Origin: Eledone cirrhosa
Taxonomy: Eukaryota
Length of the DNA stretch: 64,000 nucleotides
Assembly: GCA_964016885.1 (NCBI GenBank)
Contig: OZ024744.1
Span: 61,318,001 to 61,382,000 of the forward strand
Direction: 5' to 3'
A program made the position numbers and the translations under genes. Shown piece after piece: positions 52,401 to 64,000 of this stretch. The number at the start of each line of letters is the position of its first letter. The stretch's first letter is position 1. Under the pieces are notes generated by a model. The model ran no database searches. It was not told where the DNA came from and was given only the letters and a program-made list of their open reading frames with translations.

Positions 52401-54406
52401 AGATGATGTATGACATACCCTGACATAGTATATGGTTAAGATCCAGTCATGGTAGTGAGTAAGATATGACAAAACTCAATATTTATATACCTTAAGATTG
52501 AGACATGAAAAAACTTACATATAATACAGAGGGTGCATGTGAGAAAGCTTAAAAATACATAACACCAATTTACATAACTGTTAGAGATTCAAATAATTTA
52601 AATTATTGAAGAAAGAGGAAAGAAAAAAAAGAAAGACAGAGAGAAAACAGATGAGGGGAAAATATAGCTAGTAGAGGTATAGAGAGCAACAGAGAATTGA
52701 TCAAGGAAAGAGAGACAAAGAGGAATAATTATAGGGAGGGATGAATTATATATATCTATACATAACTATACATTTGGGCATAGCTTTGCGAAAGAGTAAA
52801 CTCGAATCTTTGAATTATTGAATTATCTAGAAGTATTCATCAATCTAAATCCTAAATATAACTGGGTGTAATTATATGAAGGTTAATTTCCAGTCCTTAG
52901 TTAATTAGTTATATATACTATCCAAACGTATCCGGTTGACCGTTAACTTTCAAATCATTTAAGTTAGTTCAGAGTAATGAATTAATCAAAGTGTATAATA
53001 TTTCAGGCTATAAAAGTTTATAAATATCTGTATTAATATTAAAGTATACTATCATAGTTAATTTATAAAATCATATTTTATGAAATCATATTTAAACTAT
53101 TTGCAAACATGAGAAAGAAGCATAATATTTTCATCCTCACGAAGGTAATTCTTATTAAATTTTATTATATTATATTTAATTATTTATATTATATTGAAGA
53201 TAATTCGCATTATATAATTTATAAAATAATTACAGTTATAATTTTAAAAATTAAGATTAACAATTAGAATGCCTTAAAGCATCAAAAGGCCTTATAATTA
53301 AACTTAAAAAAGTTTATTATTAAATTAGATATATGCATTTGTCTAAATATAAACAAAGATTATATTGTCTAAAGATTATCAGTTATATATAACAAAATAT
53401 AATACAATAAATAAGTTACTGATAATATTGTTAAAAATTAAGGTTTTAGATCAATTATTATAATAAGGTCATGTAATACATATATACTATAAATATACAA
53501 GTCAAACTTCATGAATCATAAGGATAAGAGTCAGATTCAAAATAAAAAAATGAATTGTTTGCGATCTTTAAAATGCCCAATATCCAAGCTATATAGTTTA
53601 AAAATACAAGAACATTTTTTAAAAATTTATTTATATAGTAGTATAATGAGAAAGAGAAAACCTAAAGATTTCATTGACCCGAAGGTAACCCGAATTTAAT
53701 TAAATAAAATAAAATAATAATCGTTATATAACTTAGAAAATATTTAGAAAATAGTTAACGATTACAACACTAGAAAGTCATTAAAGTATCTAAAGTACTT
53801 ATACGTGTAAATGTAACTAGAAGCATGTTATTATACTAGATATACAGATTTGTTCAAATATAAATAGAGTATTCCAGATATTAGTGATCGATATACATAT
53901 AATAAATAATTGTTTCTACTTTAGGCACAAGGCCAGCAATTACCCAGTGCATTACTGGTACTTTATTTTATCGACATATAATAAATAATAAGTAGAATCA
54001 TTGTTAGTAATGTTATAATTGAAGTTTTACATCAAGTTAAGTGGGGAAAAAAATATAAATCAAACTTCGTGAATCGTAAAACATACTCCAAATGAATAAA
54101 TATACAAAAACATAAATGCATGAATGATTTACGGTACATTATAACTGTTAAGGATATAAGCCATATATTAAAAAAATATACAAAGAATCCCAATCAAAAT
54201 TAAATATATCTAAACAATCAAATGATATGCACATTCCTCGAGAGATCATGTTAACAAATAATATGTTTATATACCTAAACATGACCCTTTAATCTAACAT
54301 TAATCATATCATAAATGAATAAAAAAAAAAAATTATTAAAGTTTTATAATCTGTTATAACGTTTTAGGTACACAGTTGATAAGAGACGTCAAAAATTAGA
54401 ACCTGT

Positions 54407-56768
54407 TTATTTAGCGTTTTTCCTGACTTTTTGCGAGGGTTGGAATGTAGACAAAGCTTTATGAAGGCAGTTTGAGAATAATTCACTTTTTTTGTTAATT
54501 AAATTTTCATAATTAGTAATTATTAAAAGGGTCTCCATGGTACAGAGGTTGTAGTTAGGTGATATTGAAGAATTCAAGTAAATTCTACTATTACACAACT
54601 TCGTCCAAGAAATCGAGTATTTTAAATTTTTGTCTTTTAATGACCATATAAGTTGTGATAAAGAAGTCGAAGATTTCCTATTAGGATTCAAAAAAGAGCA
54701 TTTGTGGTTCGTAAATCTTGATTTAAATGTCGAAGAAGTTGCACCAATATAGTTGTATGTGATGTTATTTGCTTTTACAGTGCATTTATATACCAGATTG
54801 CTATCCAGACAATTATTTTGCAGAGGGAAATCTGGTCTATTTCTACAATTACATTTCGATTTATAAATTGTACTATTTACATTAACATTATTAGTACTCC
54901 GAAATGTTCTATTGATTGTAATGTTATTGTTATTCCTAGTATTAATATTGCTAGTGATATTATATTCATTATCGTTAAATGTATGTTGATTATAATTTAG
55001 AATTCTACTATTTATTTTAGCGATGTTCTGGGCCATATTCATAGTTGTAGAATAAGAAAGCTTAATTGTGTGTCTGTTAAATATGGAACGGTGTTTAAGT
55101 TGAATGGGGAAGGATTTATCTAAAGCTTTAAAGAATAGATTTTTGAGTGGAGTTTTTATTGCTACAGAAGCCGGGGGGGGGGGGGGGCATATAACTGATT
55201 TAGTTCTGATTTTTTTCCCAGATTTATTCACGGTACTGGTGTTTGTATTATCATTTTTAGAATCTCGTTTATATATGTTATATATGTTATTCTTATTTTT
55301 ATCAGGATTATAATTCAAATTATTATTATCTATATATTCTATATTATTTTTATAACCTGCTTTTCGTAGCGCGTCATTATAATATCCTGCTTTTTCCTCA
55401 AATATGGATTTATTAGCGGATATTCTAGTTATGCGTTTCTGTACACTATTGACTATTGCGTTTTTCACTGATTTAGGGTGATTAGAGTAATAGCTAACGT
55501 AGTTTAAGTTTTCATTGGGCTTATGGAAAGGGTAATAAAATCCTGAGTTTAAGTTAAGGGTAACGTCAAGGAAATTAACTATTTTGGTACTATTTTCAAC
55601 TTCTAATTTAAGGTCGTAATTTTTAAAGAAGTCAATTATAGTTTTCTTAACCCCATTTAGTTCTGTATTGCTATGTTTGACAACCGTAAATAAAATATCG
55701 TCCCTATATAAACCACCTGTAATCTCCGGTAGTTTTCTATTTACCATATTTAAGATGAAAATCCCCAGAAGATCCGTGACTTGCGCTGAGTCCGATGATC
55801 CCATGGTAATGTCAAAGTTTCTATTCCTATCTGAACGGGTCCAATATTCATTGTTGAAATTAATTAGAGTTCTTCTAGCAGTTAATATGATATCGATTTC
55901 ATCCGTAGTTAGATCTGTATGTTTGTAAGCATAAGATAAAGCCTTATTGAATAGGTTAAGTGTAATAGAAGAATAATAGCTTGCTATGTCCATTTGGATG
56001 AATTTGTGATTTTTCTTATTATCTATATTTTTAAACCAGTCAATCACTTCATTAGTGTCCTTCCATAAGCTCAATTTAGACTTCAATTTCAGAGTAGGTA
56101 GAATTCTATCAATAATATTCTTACTGATTACTCCAATATCCGATTTAGATGGAGCAATCAGTCTAACTGGCAGGTCTTCCTCAAAGTTTCTTTTGTGATC
56201 CTTAAAATTTATCCACGGCTGTCTAGGTATAAAAGGTTCAGTTCTTCCTTCAATTCCAAATTTTGCTATTAATTTAAATGAATCATTATTGATGTCTGTA
56301 AGATCTTCGGCTGGGGCTTTTCTATAATTTTTCCTTAGTTCTTTTAAAATCAAGTCATTATATTCATCTTTATCTATCCCATATAAATTGTTGGTTTTGT
56401 CAGACTTCACTAATATTTTATTAACTTTTTTTATATCCAAGATTTTTTCTTTAAGAGTTCTAAGGTATTGGTGACCTCTATATGGATTTTTCCTGAATTT
56501 AATTTTCTTTAGTATATTGAGCATTTCTGTTTCAAAATCCTCCAAGAGTTTGTTGTATGGAGGATTTTTTCTGGATTTAGGATTTAAAGATAGTTTCGAA
56601 ATAATTGCTGTTGGCTTTCCTTTTAGCTTCTTTATTATCGAAATGAAATGCATGCCATCTCACTCTTCTTATAAAAGAGTTTGTTTGCTCTATAAGTTTC
56701 CTCATCTATTCTTCATTAGATGGTATAGGTATATCTTTGAGAGATGTCGGGAATATGAAGAATTGCAT
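54407..56768 (-). pseudogene. PLE reverse transcriptase-GIY-YIG endonuclease; true N-terminus likely at 56768, with a stop and a frameshift before the 748-aa frame
   Basis: From 56768: MQFFIFPTSLKDIPIPSNEE*MRKLIEQTNSFIRRVRWHAFHF. Main frame: KSDKT, FKDHK, MDIASYYSSI, MGSSDSA, GLYRDD, NFLDVTL, CNC, LVY, YIG. Confidence 0.9.
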
Positions 56769-57180
56769 TATTTATTAAATTTACAATCTATTGTATAGAA
56801 AAGCGCTCAACCTGCTGGGAGCTAGTTATATTTTAGTTCAATGAATAAATCAAAGAATGAGTTTTACAATAGATTGGAAGCACTCAACAGAAATGGTTTT
56901 CCGGAGTTACTAATATTAATTCAAAATATTAACAAAAATAGAACTTCTTGTGATCAAGTATATTTTATTATTTCAGGACGTACTGTTGAAGATAGCTCAG
57001 TACCTCTGAAATATGTATAATAAAATATACTTGATCACAAGAAGTTCTATTTTTGTTAATATTTTGAATTAATATTAATAACTCCAGAAAACCATTTTAT
57101 TGTGGAGTGCTTCCAATCTATTGTAAAACTCATTCTTTTATTTATTCATTGAACCTTGTTTAACCTTTAAAAATACATAT

Positions 57181-57491
57181 ATTGGCCTTGCAATCGAAAA
57201 GTTGTGAGTTCAATTCTCAGACCGGGTGATGTGTTGTTTCCTTGAGCAAGACACTTTATTTCATATTACACCAGTTTACTCAGCTGTAGAAATGAGATGA
57301 TAGACTGGGATCCCTATCATTCCACTGCAAAGTGGTCGTGGAGGTTCCACGGCAAAAAAATCACCCAGTACTCACTGTAAATGAGGTTGATGTTAGGAAG
57401 GGCATCCAGCTGTAGAAATCAAGCCAGAATCAGTTCCCGTCCCACCCTTGTAAGCCGGGAAAAGCGGACGTAAAATGGTGATGATGATGAT
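57181..57491 (+). mobile_element. tRNA/CORE-SINE with RTE-derived tail (5' end clipped)
   Basis: Same family as 3269-3550. Confidence 0.85.
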
Positions 57492-58772
57492 ATATTCTTT
57501 TTTTTTGTTTTTTCTCTGTAAAGTTATGTTGGTACCACAGAACATCCAGTCCACACTGTGAAGTGGTCATGCAGGTGTCACAACAAAAAGCACCTAGTCC
57601 ATACTGTAAAGTGGTCATGTAGGAGACACGGTAAAAAAGCTCCTAAAAAGGCTTGCTTCAAAGTGTTTAGTTAACCCTTATGATGTGATGTGCAGCCAAT
57701 CGTCGCCCTTGGTGGTGAATTGCCCCCACCCTTTTTTATGTTGTTTTATTTTAACCCTTTAATGTTCAAACCGACCAAAACTATATTGTTAAATAAATGT
57801 TAACATTCCTGGATTGAAAACTGTTTAACTAAGTTACTTTCAGCAACCAGTAACTGTTCTTAGTTGTTGAAGTTTAGCATCAGGTTAGCTATAATTGAAT
57901 AACCATACCCATGATCAAAAGCATTCCAACCATAATCATCCTGTTTATTTGTATATCTAGGACTAAATGTGTACATTATTTTCTTTTAAAATCAGTAGGT
58001 TGTGATTTAAGGGGATTTTTCTGTTATTTCTAATTTATGAAGTGACCATATTAAGCCTCTGTTTTAGTTAATTACATGGTGCTGTGAGTGTCTGTGCATT
58101 GATTTTTGGTTTGTATTACAAATACACACACACACACACACACTTTCTCTCTCTCACACACATGTGCACACAAACACAGACACACAGACATATACACACA
58201 CACCCCATACATACAAACAAATATGCAGGTGTACATACATATGTGCATACACATGTGCACACATACACAAACACGCAACAGATACATATATATATACATA
58301 CACACAACAGATACATATATATATACATACACACATGCACAAACACACACACATGCACATAGGCCTACACACAAAAACGCAAAAAACACTCACCCATACA
58401 CACAAAAACACAAACATATATACATATGGACATTACATTGTATTGCATTTGTGAACTGGGCATAGCTATGTTTGCAGATAAATGTTTCAATTCTCTAAAT
58501 ATACCCCACCACTACCACCTCTACCTGCTTTGAGAGTGGAGGGACCTGTCAAATAACTTGTGAAATCCTCAGTTGGCCCAGTGAAAGAAGTACTCAGAAG
58601 TTTTATTATGAGAGATTTGATAGTCATGTTGACAATTCTGGAAATAACCTTATTTTCAGCAGGCTGGGCTACTACTGATCGCAACAAAACCTTGGATGGG
58701 GGCAGGGTAGCATATCAACTGGAGAAATTAAAAGAAAGCATTGACCCAAACAATTAAGCAAAATCAGAGACC

Positions 58773-59001
58773 TTAACCCTTTAGCATTTACATTACTCTA
58801 TATATACTATTGTATTTTCTTGGTAAAGGCTTTACCTCATATAATTATCTCACATAATATTGAATCTACAAGATTTTGATATTATTTATTTTGAGAATAA
58901 TACCTTAACATCAATATGAGCAGTCAGTTATGGCCAGTTTGAACAAAAAGTAGTGAGAGAATTCTGGCTGGATATGGCCTGTTTAAATACTAAGGGGATA
59001 A
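58773..59001. mobile_element. piggyBac-like MITE
   Basis: 'ttaa|ccctttagcattta' and 'taaatactaagggg|ataa' form degenerate TIRs with TTAA-like target sites. Confidence 0.5.
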
Positions 59002-59344
59002 ACTCTTTTGTTACCATATTTCAAATGAAAGACACTGTGTCTATATAAATTTCAAACTACTTCGAAAATAATAAAGAATTTGGAAGGATTTGGTAATACA
59101 ACTAACTAACTTTCTCATTATTATGTTAATGTTTTGAACATAAAAAAATGTTCTAATAAATTATACTGATGGAAAGTTTTCCGATAAATAAGTAAACACT
59201 TTAACCTTTTTGTAACTACATTTCTAATTAATGATAGTGCTTATAATTTTCAAATTATTTAAAAAATAATCAAGAATTTGGTGGAATTTAGTAATATAAC
59301 TAAGTTCCTCATTTTGAAGTTGGTGTTTTGTACACAACAAAGGT

Positions 59345-59525
59345 GAAGGTACATGTCCTAGTGATTAAAGTATTGGACTAACTATCATAAGATCATGAGT
59401 TCGCTTTCTACATGTTGTGTTCCTGAGCAAAATATTTTGTTTCATGTTGTTCCTTCTGTCAGTTAGTTGTGGCCAGCAGATATAATCAGAAATGGAAAGA
59501 TCAATGGAAACATTGTTTCCTTGGT
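59345..59525 (+). mobile_element. Degenerate CORE-type SINE
   Basis: A/B-box remnants, 'gtgttcctgagcaaaatattt', and a tail shared with 4697-4760. Confidence 0.55.
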
Positions 59526-59626
59526 TTGGTTTGGTTTGATTTGTATTACACACACACACTCTCTCACTTTCTCACACATGTGCACACTAAAACAGACACA
59601 CAGACATATATACAAACACCACATAC

Positions 59627-61330
59627 ATCATCATCATCATCGTTTAACGTCCATTTTCCACGCTAGCATGGATCTGGACGGGAATTGTCCCACTTGAGGC
59701 AAGATTGGTTGTCTTGCTCAGGACTGTCTGGTGGGTTTTCTACAGCTGGATGCCCTTCCTAACACCAACCACGTTTACAGTGTGGACTGGGAGGTTTTTA
59801 CTGTGTTACCTACACGGCCACATTGCAGCGTGGACTGTGTTTTATTGTCGTGACACCTACACGTCTAACGGGTTTTCTACGGCTGGGTGCCCTTCCCAAC
59901 ACCAACCACGTTTACAGTGTGTACATCGAGGTTTTTACCGTGTTGCCTACATGGCCACATTATAGCGTGGACTATGTGTTTTTTTGTCGTGACACCTACA
60001 CGACCTCATTTGTTTCGGACTGGATGCTGTGGTACCAACATAACTTCACATTTAAGGGGATGTGGTGGGTGTAGTGGGACGGGGTGTATTTTGTTAGAGG
60101 TGCCTACTGGCTGTAGGTTTCGCTTTGTACTTAGGCAAGGCAGGTCTTCTGTATGACTGTGTAGCGCCAAAGATCTCGGTTCAGTGACATTGTTTTGGAG
60201 AGGTGTAAGTCTGTGAGGTCGGAATTTATCAAGTCGTCCCAGGTTTTTCTGGGTCTGCCTACTCCATGGCTACCGTCTATTTTTATCGCCCTGCACTTTT
60301 TTATACAGCTGTCGTCTTTCATACGCATCACGTGACCATACCAACGTAGTCTTCTCTCGAGTAAACAATATCTGATCCCTCTTATTCCTAATTTCTCCCT
60401 TAGTTCGTTTATGCTTTGCCGTTCACGTATATTACTATTACACATCCAGCGGAGCATGCAAGCTTCGTTTCTCTCCAGTCTGCGTATATCCTCTGCACAC
60501 AATGCCCAGGTCTCACTGCCATGTAACATTGCTGTTCCTGTGCAGGCATCATACAGCCTGCCTTTCATTTTTAGAGAGAACCCTTTAGCGGCCAATAGTG
60601 GTATAAGCTCTCTGAACTTTTTCCATCCCATTCTGACTCTAGCTACTGTACTTTCAGAGCACCCTCCCCCACTGCTGATTTTGTCACCCAGGTAACAGAA
60701 GCTGTCCACTATTTCTATAGAACCATCTGTGCAATGGAATGAGCTAGTATTCTATGGGCACTTGCTGCTACTTATTGCACCAGAGCACCGGCCACATATA
60801 AAATCTATATTCTTAGTTAGCTTACCTGTGATCCCACTACATCTTTTATGCACCCATACTTTGCATTTGGGACATAAAATGGAGTTTCTGCCTACTCCTT
60901 TCCTACACACTGAGCATGGCCATTTCCCAGAAGGGACCGGTGCCCTATTTTCCTTCCTACAAACTAGAACTTTAGTCTTAGACAAGTTAACTTTAAGGCC
61001 TTTTGATTCTAGGCCATGCTTCCATGTTTGGAATTTCTTCTCTAGTTCCGCCATTGATTCAGCTATGAGCATTAGATCATCTGCATATAGGAGTTCCCAT
61101 GGGCAGCCGGTCTTGAACTCCTCTGTTATAGCCTGAAGGGAAATAATAAATAGTAGGGGGCTAAGGACGGAACCCTGATGAACACCAACTTTTATACTAA
61201 ACTCTTCACTATATTCGTTGTTAATTCTAACCTTGCTGACTGGTTCTTTATACATGGCTTGTATAGCTCTCACAAGCCATTCATCAACATCTAGTTTTCT
61301 AAGGGCTCACCAGATAATCGAGCGGGGTAC
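59627..61330 (-). mobile_element. RTE family A, 5'-truncated, with a duplicated 3' UTR module
   Basis: ORFs 60752-61273 and 60131-60709 are split by one stop codon. (CAT)n tail. Confidence 0.95.
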
Positions 61331-61567
61331 ATACAAACAAATATATAGGCATAAATACATAAATGCATACACATGTGCACACATACACACACACACAGAC
61401 AGCATATACATATATATTTATTACCACACACATGCACGCATATAAAGGTTCTTACATAAAATTATGATGGAAGGTTTTCAGATGAATACAAACACTAAAA
61501 TAAACAATCTTGTATCAGAGAACCAGCAGTGATTTAGTATCAAACGGGTTATCTACTAACATTTGGA

Positions 61568-61729
61568 TTGGCAGAATCGGTAGAACGACAGACACCATGC
61601 TTTGCAGCATAGAGTTATGGCCCTTTACGTTCTGAATTTAAATCCCGCCGAGGTTAAATTTGCCTTTCATCCTTACGGGGTCGATAAAATAAAGTACAAG
61701 TAATGCACTGGGATAATTGCTGGCCTTGT
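61568..61729 (+). mobile_element. Meta/MESC-type SINE
   Basis: 'tggcagaatcggtag...aaatcccgccgaggttaaatttgcctttcatccttacggggtcgataaaataaagtac'. Confidence 0.8.
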
Positions 61730-61951
61730 AAAAGTTATGTTTAAAGGGTTAAGAGGAACCTCCAGTTGAGTCAAGGACATGACAACCTCCCTAGTATTGG
61801 TGATCTACATGATAAATGTACTGAGTACAAAACTGTAAAGTGGTTGGGGATATGAAGGGTATCCAGCCATAGAAAGCTTGCCAAACAAATGGTTGTGAGG
61901 ACCCTCCAGTTGTGTGAAAAATATGACAACCTTTCTAGTGTGGGTAAAATA

Positions 61952-62137
61952 ATTGTTTCTACTTTTGGCACAAGGCCAGCAATTACCCAGTGTATTACTA
62001 GTACTTTATTTTATCGACCCCGTAAGGATGAAAGGCAAAGTTAACCTTGGCGGGATTTGAACTCAGAATGGCAAGGCCCGTAACTCTATGCGTCAAAGCA
62101 TGGCTTCCGACCCTCTACCGATACTGCCAATCCACCA
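61952..62137 (-). mobile_element. Meta/MESC-type SINE, inverted relative to 61568-61729
   Basis: Reverse-complement match to the neighbouring copy. Confidence 0.8.
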
Positions 62138-62914
62138 CAGTGTGGGTAAAATAATAAAATGCACTTGGTAGAACATGGAACTGTATGTAATCAAAATGCG
62201 AACCCTCAGTTTGTGAAGACCTCTCCAACCATTGCTAGCAGGGAAAGTAGACGTTAAATGATGATGATTTTAAAAGTGTACATGGGAAGAATATGCCATC
62301 TCGAATAACTTGTCCCAAACTTTGGCATTCAAGAGTAAAAAATTCTAAGAGGAATGGGAGGTACTGTCAGATTTATTGTATATTCTTTTTTTACTAATTA
62401 CAATGTACATGTACTGTACATAATACTGGCATAATACAGTAATACCAAATGTAAATCTTTAACCAAATTGAAAATAAAGTCCAATAAATCTATAAATCAA
62501 TTTCAATATTTTTAATGCAGCCTGACAAAAAGATAGCTATGTTTTCTTATGAAAATCACAGTATTGCAGTAAACATCACATCTTCATACATATGCATCAT
62601 TTGTTTGTTGCTCTTTATGAAGGAGATTTCTTTCAAACAACTTGTACATATGTTGTTTTTTATTAAACATACATTTGCCAAGAATTCTATCACCACCACT
62701 TCATTTGCTCAAGGCCATCTAAAAATAAAGGATAAATTTACATGGTTTTGATTTCTTCTACTTTTAATATTCTATTTCCTTTATGGCATAGAGTTATGAC
62801 CCTTTACGATCTGAGTTCAAATCCTGCCGAGGTTAGTTTTGCCTTTCTTAGGTCAGTTGTCCTGGAATTAGGTCTGATGGTATCTGTCGGTAACTAACCA
62901 ACACATATTCAAAT

Positions 62915-63169
62915 TGGTCGTGCAGGTGTCATGACAAAAAAAGCACCCAGCCCACACTATAAAGTGGTCGTGTAGGCACCACGGAAAAAAAGCATCCAGC
63001 ACTCACTGTAAATGAGGTTGGTGTTAGGAAGGGCGTCCAGCTGTAGAAAGCCAAAATCAGTTCCTGTATGAGCAAGACAAGGCCAGTCAACTGGAAATTG
63101 CCCACAACAGGACAACCCGTCTAACCCATGCTAGCGTGGAAGAATGGACATAAAACGGTGATGATGATA
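62915..63169 (+). mobile_element. RTE family B 3' UTR fragment
   Basis: Matches 11900-12147. Confidence 0.85.
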
Positions 63170-63701
63170 TATATATACGCTGATGAATTTGTTTTGCAAG
63201 GTTTTTGATATGAAATCATGTATTGAAACAAATATTTGGGGAGGGTGATATTGTTATAATATTGCCAGAAATATATAATAAAACACACTCACACTTTGGT
63301 TTGGGTTGGTTTTTGATTCTATATATTTTATATCCCTGTAGTTAATTTAGCTGGCAATCAATGTTTATCATTGATTGACCAACAGTTAAAAATATAGATA
63401 TAAATATATATATAGATTCTCATCACACACCTGTGACATCATCAGTGATACTATTATGTTTCCTTCCATTGTATTGTTGTAATGTTTACTTATCCATTTT
63501 TTATTCATTTATTTACTATTTTTATCAGTTTTCTTAGTTCTATTTCAGTTGCTTCCCTTATTTGTCTACATGTTGAATCATTTCTATGTTTAGATATTAT
63601 TTTCTTGTTTATGTTGTCTATATTACCATCACGTCTTAGTCTGGTGTATTCATATAGTACCAAACCGTCTTTTTGTCCTTTTAGTTCACTCCAGTGTTGG
63701 T

Positions 63702-63993
63702 CTATTCCATGATTTGCTCCTGTACAGTGGGCAAATCCCTTTCATGTCCATCTCTATGAGGGTCTTATATTTCTCTGTGGCTCCTTTGTATACCCTGATT
63801 CTGTCTCTTTGGTTGTTGCCAGAGAACTGCATGGGAGAGACATATCCAACACTTCATCAATCACATGCAATTCTCTGGCTACAACCAAAGAGACAGAATC
63901 AGCCACAAAGGAGCCACGGAGAAATATAAGACCCTCATAGAGATGGACATGAAAGGAATTTGCCCACTGTACAGGAGCAAATCATGGAATAGC
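63702..63993. mobile_element. Fold-back PLE coding fragment
   Basis: Arms ~63702-63832 and 63863-63993. Plus frame 'HMQFSGYNQRDR...YKTLIEMDMKGICPLYRSKSW' resembles the post-RT region of PLEs. Confidence 0.7.
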
Positions 63994-64000
63994 ATGGACT

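Larger units (their letters stand above)
52288..57170 (-). mobile_element. Near-full-length Penelope-like element (Naiad-like) with direct and inverted pLTRs
   Basis: 748-aa RT-GIY-YIG ORF, ~2.1-kb AT-rich 3' region, 3' pLTR 52288-52490, 5' partial pLTR ~56835-56971, inverted pLTR 56975-57170. Confidence 0.95.

Noticed and set aside
58525-58637. Possible minus-strand coding exon (ttccag acceptor, open frame)
   Set aside because: Weak donor (GTAGAG), no recognisable protein similarity and no partner exons.

Overview
AT-rich metazoan genomic DNA made almost entirely of nested repeats. The SINE, LINE and microsatellite repertoire suggests an octopod cephalopod (inference). No host protein-coding gene can be supported, and most listed ORFs are translations of (TA)n/(CA)n tracts or antisense frames of retrotransposons. 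The window holds about a dozen RTE-clade LINE copies from at least three related families (labelled A, B, C here), whose RT carries an in-frame PHD finger. It also holds two older RTEs with 5' inversions, a CR1/L2-type LINE, CRE- and Ingi/Vingi-type fragments, tRNA-derived CORE and Meta/MESC-type SINEs, and non-autonomous Helitrons, two of them head-to-tail. At least three Penelope-like elements (PLEs; RT plus GIY-YIG) occur with fold-back pseudo-LTRs (pLTRs). The most notable signals are: (1) several families of type I hammerhead ribozymes, including a near-full-length PLE whose 5' end maps to its own hammerhead cleavage site; (2) a chimera of a 28S rRNA-like head, a GC-rich body and a bipartite RTE body; (3) a PHD finger inserted inside the RTE reverse transcriptase; (4) a hairpin/pseudoknot RNA module shared by RTE 5' UTRs, RTE 3' UTRs and SINE bodies. 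All calls are by eye, boundaries are approximate and no database search was run.
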